Positions 7,831-15,003 of a stretch of 32,000 bases of DNA are shown piece by piece. The first letter of the stretch is position 1. Each line of letters starts with the position of its first letter. Below the pieces are notes generated by a model. That model ran no database searches and was not told the DNA's origin. It was given only the letters and a program-made list of their open reading frames with translations. Origin of the DNA: Nostoc punctiforme PCC 73102 (GTDB taxonomy: Bacteria > Cyanobacteriota > Cyanobacteriia > Cyanobacteriales > Nostocaceae); assembly GCF_000020025.1 (NCBI RefSeq), contig NC_010628.1, positions 2,610,001-2,642,000 on the forward strand, given 5' to 3'. The position numbers and the translations under genes were made by a program.

Positions 7831-9714
7831 ATGACAAACGGGATGGAACTTTTTGATAACCTACACCTTGCTATGTTTAGCGGCAAAGGTGGAGTCGGAA
7901 AAACGACAATCTCCTGCACCTTTGCATGTCGTTGGGCGCAGAAATTTGCTAATGAGCAAATTCTTTTAATCTCAACCGATCCGGCTCACTCTCTTGGAGA
8001 TGTCTTACAAGTTAGCGTTGATGACATTCCTCGTCCCATAGCGGAACTACCCAATCTACTAGTAAGGGCTTTGGATGCAAAGCGTCTGCTACAAGACTTT
8101 AAAGAACGTTATGGTCAGGTTTTAGAACTGTTAGTGGAGCGCGGTAGTTTTGTTGAAGGAGAAGACTTGTCTCCAGTTTGGGATTTAAATTGGCCTGGAC
8201 TGGACGAATTGATGGGTTTGTTAGAGATCCAACGCCTTTTAAACGAGCAGCAGGTAGATAGAGTAGTAGTTGATATGGCTCCTAGCGGTCATACTCTCAA
8301 CTTGTTTGGATTGATGGATTTTTTAGACACTTTCCTCCACTCTCTTGAACTGTTTCAAGAAAAGCATCGGATTATTAGCAAGACCTTTGCTGGAAGTTAC
8401 ACACCCGATCGCGCTGACGATTTTTTGCAAACCCTGAAAGCTGAACTGTCACAAGGTCGTCGTCTGCTTCAAGATCCCACCCATACAGCTTGTTTGTTAG
8501 TTGCGATCGCCGAACCAATGAGTTGGTTGGAGTCAAAACGATTCCTAGAAGCCTTACAAACCATGCAGATTCCTTGCGGAGGGTTGTTTGTTAACCAAGT
8601 CCTTGCCAGTGCGACTGACCCAGATCGTTACCAAGAACAACAACCACTTATCGGCCAGTATACGGCTCTTGCTAACGAAAAGCCGATGTTTATTGTGCCA
8701 CAGCAAGATGAGGAGCCTTTAGGGATTCTAGCCCTCAGCCATCTGATCGACCAAATCCATGTTCCTCAGCTTGAACCGCTATCTTTTATCGATCTACTCC
8801 CAGTTCAATGGCCGGAAACAATTCCTCCTAGCTTTGGAGATTTTCTCACCAAAGGTCGTCGCCTGTTACTAATTGGCGGTAAGGGTGGAGTAGGCAAAAC
8901 CACAGTAGCAGCTGCCATTGGTTGGGCTATGGCTCAACAACATCCCGATCGCAAAATTCGTATGGTTTCCATCGATCCAGCCCACTCCTTGGGCGATGCC
9001 TTTGGTCTGAGTTTAGGACACGAACCATATCAAATAACTGCTAATCTTCGAGGTCAGGAAGTAGATGGCGATCGCATTCTCGATCAATTCAGAGCCGATT
9101 ACCTGTGGGAACTGGCCCAAATGATGAGTGGCGAAACCCAAACAAGCGAAACTATTGAAATGGCCTATGCTCCTGTTGCTTGGCGTAAAATTGTCGATCA
9201 AGCTTTACCAGGAATTGATGAAATGCTTTCTCTGTTAACAGTAATGGAATTGCTAGAGCAACAAGAAGAAGACTTGATTATTTTAGACACTGCTCCTACA
9301 GGTCATCTTCTGCGTTTTCTCGAAATGCCAACTGCACTAGCAGACTGGCTAGCTTGGATTTTCAAACTCTGGATCAAGTATCAGAATGTCCTTGGTCGTA
9401 CAGAATTTATGGGGCGTTTAAGAACTTTGCGACAGCGCGTGGTTAAAGCCCAAAAAGTCTTAAAAGACCCACAACAAACAGAGTTCATTGGGGTTACACT
9501 TAACCAGGCTAGTGTACTTGCCGAACAACAACGCCTGTTCAAATCTATGCAAGAAATAGGTGTGAGCCAGAATTACGTTGTTCTCAACCGCTTTACTTCT
9601 ACAGCAACCATTAATTGCGATTTTCCAGGTTTGACAATGGTTCGCTTACCAATGCTTCCTCGCTCAGTTCAGCCTTTAGAACGCATCCAAGCAGCAGCCG
9701 GCTGTTTATTTTAA
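7831..9714 (+). CDS. Tandem (pseudo-dimeric) ArsA/GET3/TRC40-family ATPase
   Basis: There are two homologous halves. Half 1 has FSGKGGVGKTT, STDPAHSLGD and VVDMAPSGHTL. Half 2 has IGGKGGVGKTT, SIDPAHSLGD and ILDTAPTGHLLRFL. Confidence 0.9.
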   Translation: MTNGMELFDNLHLAMFSGKGGVGKTTISCTFACRWAQKFANEQILLISTDPAHSLGDVLQVSVDDIPRPIAELPNLLVRALDAKRLLQDFKERYGQVLELLVERGSFVEGEDLSPVWDLNWPGLDELMGLLEIQRLLNEQQVDRVVVDMAPSGHTLNLFGLMDFLDTFLHSLELFQEKHRIISKTFAGSYTPDRADDFLQTLKAELSQGRRLLQDPTHTACLLVAIAEPMSWLESKRFLEALQTMQIPCGGLFVNQVLASATDPDRYQEQQPLIGQYTALANEKPMFIVPQQDEEPLGILALSHLIDQIHVPQLEPLSFIDLLPVQWPETIPPSFGDFLTKGRRLLLIGGKGGVGKTTVAAAIGWAMAQQHPDRKIRMVSIDPAHSLGDAFGLSLGHEPYQITANLRGQEVDGDRILDQFRADYLWELAQMMSGETQTSETIEMAYAPVAWRKIVDQALPGIDEMLSLLTVMELLEQQEEDLIILDTAPTGHLLRFLEMPTALADWLAWIFKLWIKYQNVLGRTEFMGRLRTLRQRVVKAQKVLKDPQQTEFIGVTLNQASVLAEQQRLFKSMQEIGVSQNYVVLNRFTSTATINCDFPGLTMVRLPMLPRSVQPLERIQAAAGCLF

Positions 9715-9759
9715 CGGCTAATTAGACTAAATACTTCCATACCCAAAGAGAAATTTATT

Positions 9760-10044
9760 ATGCATCGCACTCCAAACCGCAGACAAATTCAAGCCAAACT
9801 TAGCACCATGCCTCCTCAACGTTCTCAAGCAACAGTTTACTTAAATGCTTACAAAATGATGTTAGAGAAGGAGCGTTTAGAGGAGGAACTAGAGAAACTC
9901 GAAGCACGCCGACATCAGATTCAGCAGCGTCTTGCTATTTTAAATAGTCAAACAATTCCTGAAGAGAACATGACCCATCAGCAAGCAAATACTGACTTAG
10001 AAAACAATACACCAAAATTCAACACCCTAACATTGGAATACTAA
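9760..10044 (+). CDS. Small coiled-coil protein, possibly GvpV-like gas vesicle accessory protein
   Basis: A 94-aa ORF 45 nt after the ArsA-like gene. It has a basic N-terminus and then a heptad-rich segment YLNAYKMMLEKERLEEELEKLEARRHQIQQRLAILN. The resemblance to cyanobacterial GvpV is from memory only. Confidence 0.45.
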   Translation: MHRTPNRRQIQAKLSTMPPQRSQATVYLNAYKMMLEKERLEEELEKLEARRHQIQQRLAILNSQTIPEENMTHQQANTDLENNTPKFNTLTLEY

Positions 10045-10120
10045 GTACTAAGATTTCAGCTTGTCTATATCATTCTCATTCCCTTTGCTCTCTATTTTAG
10101 GAAATAAAACCCTGTACATA

Positions 10121-10564
10121 CTAGTGTGAAGTATGCAAACTACGATCTGGCATAGTTGTTTTGAAAAATCTAACGTCAGTAAAATTTGCTTTATCTGTAA
10201 TAGCATCAGTAAAGTTCGCAAGGCTAAAATCTGTTTTTATAGGTTCTACTATATTCCCCATAGTTTTTTCGTAAGGGCTAAAATCAGCACTGCTTAAATT
10301 AGCCTCAGTAAAATACGTTGATAATAATTTAGCTCCTTTGAATTTAGCCCTCACTAAATTAGCTTTATCAAAATTAGCTCCTGTTAAATTGCATTTATTA
10401 AAGTTAACATTAGCTAAATTAGCACCTGTAAAATTTCTATAAGAAAAATCTTGTCCAGAAAGGTCAGCATCGCTAAGATCGGCTTTAAAGTTTGGATCTA
10501 AGTCCACTTTATTGTTCCACTCCTCTCCATTTTGCAGTAAGCTCAAGTGTATTCTGTTAGCCAT
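10121..10564 (-). CDS. Pentapeptide-repeat protein
   Basis: Runs of A(D/N)Lxx pentapeptides (ADLSDADLSGQDFSYRNFTGANLANVNFNKCNLTGANFDKANLVRAKFKGAKL...). I prefer the ATG at 10564, preceded by GAGG, over the listed GTG at 10627. Confidence 0.85.
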   Translation of the reverse strand: MANRIHLSLLQNGEEWNNKVDLDPNFKADLSDADLSGQDFSYRNFTGANLANVNFNKCNLTGANFDKANLVRAKFKGAKLLSTYFTEANLSSADFSPYEKTMGNIVEPIKTDFSLANFTDAITDKANFTDVRFFKTTMPDRSLHTSH

Positions 10565-10675
10565 TTTTTTTACCTCAAAAAATAAGTATAAATGTACTAT
10601 ATCACAATTCAGCTTTGCGCTAGGCACGAAAATTTGTTGCTTAGTTATTTCTTACTTCTACTCAATTGCCTAAAA

Positions 10676-11077
10676 TTAGCCAGATAGCTTCACAAGGAAT
10701 GAAGAATCGACATCTAAAAGCCAATTCTCATCAATAAATTCTAGATTTTCATCATAAACAAGAACCAATTCACCAAGTTTTTGAGCATTGCTACTTGCAG
10801 TTTTCGTATTATCAACAGCATCAGCTATGAGCAAAAACTTTAGTTGTAAAAAACGTTCTTTGTAAGTAACGCCTATTGAACTGCTAACTAATTCGGCTTT
10901 TAGGGTACGAGGTAACGTAATTTTCTCATAATACTCATCTTGTTCATCCCAATAGCCACACACTTTATAATCACACTGATCAAGATGTTCTTGAACAAGA
11001 AGATTAGCATCTAAACTTTGTAATATTTCAGTTAAATCTTGCCAAAGTTGATGATTTTTTAATTCGAGTCTTGTCAT
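10676..11077 (-). CDS. Hypothetical acidic protein (133 aa), no family recognised
   Basis: A clean ATG ORF 12 nt downstream of the 102-aa ORF on the same strand. It is D/E-rich, AT-rich and contains no HIP1 site. Confidence 0.55.
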   Translation of the reverse strand: MTRLELKNHQLWQDLTEILQSLDANLLVQEHLDQCDYKVCGYWDEQDEYYEKITLPRTLKAELVSSSIGVTYKERFLQLKFLLIADAVDNTKTASSNAQKLGELVLVYDENLEFIDENWLLDVDSSFLVKLSG

Positions 11078-11089
11078 ACTTATGTGGGT

Positions 11090-11398
11090 TTAATGTTCTG
11101 TTACCAAACCAGGGAAGTGCAATATACCATCAATGAATTTTGCATGAAATCGGCGGTCGCCACCTTTACCTAAGACTTTAGATTTCAAATCGTAACCAGA
11201 TTCTTGGGAAGGCACCAACCCAACATTACCGCGAGGAGTTACAAGCCCTTTCTCAATGGCTTTTAAATGTTTCCCCTTCCGATCATATTTTAATCCCAGC
11301 TTTATTTGTTCACTGCCAAATAAAACTAGCAGACCACTGATTGAAAGATATACAGTATCTGGTTGAATATCTGCCCAATTATCGGGTAAAGCTTCCAT
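11090..11398 (-). CDS. Hypothetical basic protein (102 aa), no family recognised
   Basis: An ATG ORF that comes first in an apparent three-gene minus-strand unit with 10676..11077 and the pentapeptide gene. Confidence 0.55.
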   Translation of the reverse strand: MEALPDNWADIQPDTVYLSISGLLVLFGSEQIKLGLKYDRKGKHLKAIEKGLVTPRGNVGLVPSQESGYDLKSKVLGKGGDRRFHAKFIDGILHFPGLVTEH

Positions 11399-11467
11399 TA
11401 AATTAATACTTGTACAGTAGAAGCATAATTTATTTAAGTATAATAGCTAACAAAATTTTTAAAATTA

Positions 11468-11494
11468 ACGTGAGTCTCCAACGGAGGCGCACGT
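11468..11494 (-). terminator. Candidate intrinsic terminator downstream of gvpG
   Basis: ACGTGAGTCTCC-AAC-GGAGGCGCACGT forms about 11 pairs (one mismatch, one G-U). On the minus strand it is followed by TAATTTTAAAAATTTTG. It lies 39 nt after the gvpG stop. Confidence 0.4.
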
Positions 11495-11532
11495 TAGTTA
11501 AAGCAATAAATCACACAAGCTAGGAAAGAATT

Positions 11533-11787
11533 TCAATACTCTTGTGTTTGATCGCGTTCCTCCTGTTCTGCTTCCAGAATCGCTAATAAAAGAGCTTCTT
11601 CCTGAATTTCAAACTCTTCTTCAGGAATTTCCCCCATATCAAAAGCAAGTTGGAGTGCAAGAAGCTGCTTGCTCAGATTTTCTTTATCATCAATTTCAGT
11701 ACTCGCCTGTTCTAAAATTTTTTCCCCAAGCCACGTTACCCCCATTAATGGGCCAGTAATCGGTAATAGTAAGAAGCGCAGAACCAT
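11533..11787 (-). CDS. gvpG: Gas vesicle protein GvpG
   Basis: An 84-aa protein with a hydrophobic N-terminus LLLPITGPLMGVTWLGEKI followed by an acidic helix LLALQLAFDMGEIPEEEFEIQEEALLLAILEAE, which is the typical GvpG pattern. It is divergent from gvpN. Confidence 0.85.
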   Translation of the reverse strand: MVLRFLLLPITGPLMGVTWLGEKILEQASTEIDDKENLSKQLLALQLAFDMGEIPEEEFEIQEEALLLAILEAEQEERDQTQEY

Positions 11788-12001
11788 ATTGCTTTACACC
11801 TGTGTGGATTTATTAAAGGTATCCTTTCAAGACCGTAATCATGCTGATGACATAAATATTAAACATTACTAGTCTTGTGTTGATACCAAAATCCGTTGGA
11901 TTTGAGTCCAGTTAAGGCTGATTGACATCTGTATTTTATATTTGCAGTGTAACAAAAAATACTTTTGTATGACACATTACTATTGAGGAGGTACTTAGAG
12001 T

Positions 12002-13174
12002 TTGACAACAGTATTAAATGCATCTCCCCAACGATTTGTCAATACACCTGCGGTTCAACGCATCGCTCAACGTGCTTTGCGCTATCTACAGTCAGGTTTT
12101 TCAATACACTTACGTGGTGCAGCCGGAGTCGGAAAAACTACTCTGGCAATGCATCTAGCTGATTTGCTCAATCAGCCGATCATCCTCTTATTTGGAGATG
12201 ATGAGTTTAAAACCTCAGACTTGATTGGTAATCAATTAGGTTATACCCGTAAAAAGGTTGTTGATAACTTCATCCACAGCGTTATCAAAGTTGAGGATGA
12301 AGTCCGACAACATTGGGTTGATGCACGATTAACCTTAGCTTGTAAAGAAGGATTTACGCTGGTTTACGACGAATTCAATCGATCGCACCCGGAGGTAAAT
12401 AACGTTTTACTCTCCGTACTTGAGGAGAGGTTGTTAGTATTACCAACAAACCAACATCGAGCCGAGTATATCCGGGTTCATCCTCAGTTTCGGGCAATCT
12501 TAACATCAAATCCTCAAGAGTATTGTGGAGTTCATGCAACTCAGGATGCTTTGATGGATCGTGTTATTACCATCGATATGCCTACACCTGATGAACTGAG
12601 TCAGCAGGAAATTGTAGTTCATAAAACAGGTATAGATTCTGAGAAAGCAGAAGTAATTGTCCGCATAGTACGGACGTTTTGGAGTCGATCTGGCTCTGGA
12701 CAGGGCGGTGGATTGCGTTCCTGTCTGATGATTGCCAAAATCTGCCACGAACATGAAATTTCCGTAAACCCTGGAGATCCTAGCTTCCAAGATATTTGTG
12801 CCGATATCCTGCTTTCTCGCACGAATCAACCTCTCATAGAAGCAACTCGACTACTGGAAGAGGTTTTAAGTGAATTCTATCATCGTATAAATACTCAATC
12901 TCAGCCGTCAGAGATAATACCAAACAACCAAAATCAGATTGTATTGGAACAACGAGTACCTTACGAGCATGAAGTCTACAACTACCTATGTAATTCTCCA
13001 GGAAGGCGTTTCTCTGAATTGGCAGTAGAGTTAGGGATCGATCGCAGTCAAATTGTCGCTGCACTCAAGTCTCTCAGGGAGCAGGGAGTATTAGTCCAAA
13101 TGCAGGGCAATGCCGAGTCGCCGAGCATATCACAAACAGTTGCTTTTGATTCTGGCCATTTAATAAACAAATGA
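12002..13174 (+). CDS. gvpN: Gas vesicle AAA+ ATPase GvpN with a ~100-aa C-terminal extension carrying a winged-helix-like segment
   Basis: TTG start 10 nt after GAGGAGG. Walker A is [17 protein letters not shown] and Walker B is [15 protein letters not shown], with [10 protein letters not shown] further on. The stop overlaps the gvpJ start (ATGA at 13171-13174). Confidence 0.9.
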   Translation: MTTVLNASPQRFVNTPAVQRIAQRALRYLQSGFSIHLRGAAGVGKTTLAMHLADLLNQPIILLFGDDEFKTSDLIGNQLGYTRKKVVDNFIHSVIKVEDEVRQHWVDARLTLACKEGFTLVYDEFNRSHPEVNNVLLSVLEERLLVLPTNQHRAEYIRVHPQFRAILTSNPQEYCGVHATQDALMDRVITIDMPTPDELSQQEIVVHKTGIDSEKAEVIVRIVRTFWSRSGSGQGGGLRSCLMIAKICHEHEISVNPGDPSFQDICADILLSRTNQPLIEATRLLEEVLSEFYHRINTQSQPSEIIPNNQNQIVLEQRVPYEHEVYNYLCNSPGRRFSELAVELGIDRSQIVAALKSLREQGVLVQMQGNAESPSISQTVAFDSGHLINK

Positions 13175-13521
13175 GTACTAATACTAACCGGGGAGCTATC
13201 ACCACATCAACTCAAGGTTCTACCTTGGCAGATATTCTAGAACGGGTTCTGGATAAAGGCATTGTTATCGCAGGAGATATTTCTATTTCCGTAGGCTCCA
13301 CAGAATTGCTCAACATCCGGATTCGTTTGTTGATTTCTTCTGTTGATAAAGCCAAAGAGATTGGAATTAACTGGTGGGAGAGCGACCCCTATCTTAATAG
13401 TCAAACTCGCACCTTATTAGCAACTAATCAACAACTTCAAGAGCGTCTTGCCAGTCTAGAAACAGAACTGCAATCGCTCAAAGCACTCAATCCTATTAAT
13501 CATCAGAATGCAGGCGATTAG
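13171..13521 (+). CDS. gvpJ: Gas vesicle protein GvpJ (GvpA/J family)
   Basis: [51 protein letters not shown] is a GvpA/J-type core. It is translationally coupled to gvpN. Confidence 0.85.
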   Translation: MSTNTNRGAITTSTQGSTLADILERVLDKGIVIAGDISISVGSTELLNIRIRLLISSVDKAKEIGINWWESDPYLNSQTRTLLATNQQLQERLASLETELQSLKALNPINHQNAGD

Positions 13522-13942
13522 CAAATCAAAAGGTTCCGATTCCGGTTTAGCGCCGTTGTTACTGACGGTTGTTGAACTGATACGCCAACTCATGGAAGCT
13601 CAGGTGATTCGGCGCATGGATGCTGGCACTCTCAACGACTCTGAGCTAGATCGGGCTGCCGAAAGCCTGCAAAAGCTTGAACAGCAGGTTGTTCAGCTTT
13701 GCGAGATATTTGATATTGACCCAGCCGATCTAAATATTAACTTGGGTGAAATGGGAAATTTACTTCCCCAATCTGGAGGATACTACCCCGGTGAAACCTC
13801 TAGTCAACCCTCTATTCTAGAACTCCTCGATCGCCTATTAAATACTGGTGTTGTGGTTGAAGGCGACTTGGACTTAGGACTGGCTCAGTTAAGCTTAGTT
13901 CATGCCAAGTTAAGATTAGTACTCACCTCTAAACCCCTGTAA
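13508..13942 (+). CDS. gvpK: Gas vesicle protein GvpK
   Basis: GLAPLLLTVVELIRQLMEAQVIRRM...DPADLNINLG...LELLDRLLNTGVVVEGDLDLGLAQLSLVHAKLRLVLTSKP matches cyanobacterial GvpK closely. It overlaps gvpJ by 14 nt. Confidence 0.9.
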   Translation: MQAISKSKGSDSGLAPLLLTVVELIRQLMEAQVIRRMDAGTLNDSELDRAAESLQKLEQQVVQLCEIFDIDPADLNINLGEMGNLLPQSGGYYPGETSSQPSILELLDRLLNTGVVVEGDLDLGLAQLSLVHAKLRLVLTSKPL

Positions 13943-13978
13943 CTTTTTTATCTACATTCTTCTTGGTAAGACATTTAT

Positions 13979-14722
13979 ATGAGTTTTTACATTTATGGAA
14001 TTTTGACCTTGCCTGCTCCACAAAATTTAAATTTAGAGGGCTTAGATCGGCAACCTGTACAAATTAAAATTTTGGATGATTTTGCAGTCATCTACTCGGA
14101 AGCACAGCAAGAGCGTTATTTGGCCAGCCGTCGTAACCTGCTAAGTCATGAGAAAGTCCTTGAGGAAATCATGCAAGCAGGCGATCGCTATTTACTGCCC
14201 GTGCAATTTGGACTTTTGGTTTCAAGCTGGGAAACGGTTTCGCAGCAATTAATTCGTCCTCATCAAGAAGAATTGACGCAATTGCTTGCGAAGTTATCGG
14301 GTTGCCGAGAAGTTAGTGTCAAAGTTTTTTGGGATACCGAGGCAGAAATTCAGGGACTATTAGCAGAACACCCAAATCTCAAAACCGAAAGGGATAAGCT
14401 AGTGGGTCAACCCCTGAGTATGGAGCGGGTAATCCAAATAGGGCAAGTCATCGAACAGGGAATGAGCGATCGCAAGCAAGGCATCATAGATGTATTTAAA
14501 GGCACGCTCAACTCCATTGCGATCGAGGTGGTGGAAAATACTCCCCAAGTGGACACAATGATCTACAATTCAGCCTACCTAATTCCTTGGGAAGCAGAAT
14601 CACAATTTAGCGAACACGTTGAATCACTCGATCGTCAATTTGAAAACCGTTTGCGAATTCGTTACAACAATTTCACTGCCCCGTATAACTTTGCTCGTCT
14701 TCGATTAACCACTTCCAACTGA
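13979..14722 (+). CDS. gvpF: Gas vesicle protein GvpF (GvpF/L family)
   Basis: Motifs are YIYGIL at the N-terminus, ERYLASRRNLLSHEKVLEEIM, LPVQFGL and the C-terminal RIRYNNFTAPYNFA. Confidence 0.85.
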   Translation: MSFYIYGILTLPAPQNLNLEGLDRQPVQIKILDDFAVIYSEAQQERYLASRRNLLSHEKVLEEIMQAGDRYLLPVQFGLLVSSWETVSQQLIRPHQEELTQLLAKLSGCREVSVKVFWDTEAEIQGLLAEHPNLKTERDKLVGQPLSMERVIQIGQVIEQGMSDRKQGIIDVFKGTLNSIAIEVVENTPQVDTMIYNSAYLIPWEAESQFSEHVESLDRQFENRLRIRYNNFTAPYNFARLRLTTSN

Positions 14723-14796
14723 TTAATTCCTCTCTCTGTTCAACAGCAATAAAAATTGAGAATCAAAAATTATTGAAACTTTTAATTTTTCGTAAC

Positions 14797-14960
14797 AGGC
14801 CTTACGCAATAACTCTCTAAAACTCTTATTTATCTGCGTCCTACCCTGCGGGAAGCCACTTCTCTACGAGACGCTCCGCGAACGTGTCTATGCGTCCTTC
14901 TCCCAAGGGGAGACGCTAACGCGAAGGCGGTTCGTTTTTTCATTATTTTGCGTAAGTCCT
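14797..14960. mobile_element. MITE-like 164-bp element with imperfect terminal inverted repeats
   Basis: AGGCCTTACGCAA (14797-14809) matches the reverse complement of TTGCGTAAGTCCT (14948-14960) at 12/13 positions. The interior carries the dispersed core CTTCTCTACGAGACGCTCCGCGAACG (14859-14884), which is also present at 7543-7568. There is no coding capacity. Confidence 0.45.
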
Positions 14961-15003
14961 ATGAAAATAAAATTTTTCTTTGCCTTTTATTTAAGTAAAA
15001 TCA

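Noticed and set aside
7831-9714. Interpreting the tandem ArsA-like ATPase as an arsenic-resistance pump subunit
   Set aside because: No arsR, arsB/acr3, arsC or arsD is visible anywhere in the window. I could not place the ArsA metalloid-binding cysteine triad by eye. I therefore kept only the family-level call.
11544-11872. ORFs 11544..11759(+) and 11669..11872(+) opposite gvpG
   Set aside because: They are antisense to a well-supported gvpG frame. There is no RBS, and the products are non-descript.
11949-11962. Perfect NtcA-type palindrome GTA-N8-TAC (GTAACAAAAAATAC) upstream of gvpN
   Set aside because: The motif has only 6 specified bases, so several chance hits are expected in 32 kb. 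The nearest TAN3T-like box (TACTAT, 11977-11982) is 14 nt away, not about 22 nt. A TSS there would fall on or after the gvpN RBS (GGAGG 11987-11991).
12506-13064. Three minus-strand ORFs (12506..12829, 12619..12822, 12834..13064) inside gvpN
   Set aside because: They lie entirely within the conserved GvpN frame on the opposite strand. No motifs are present, and they overlap one another.
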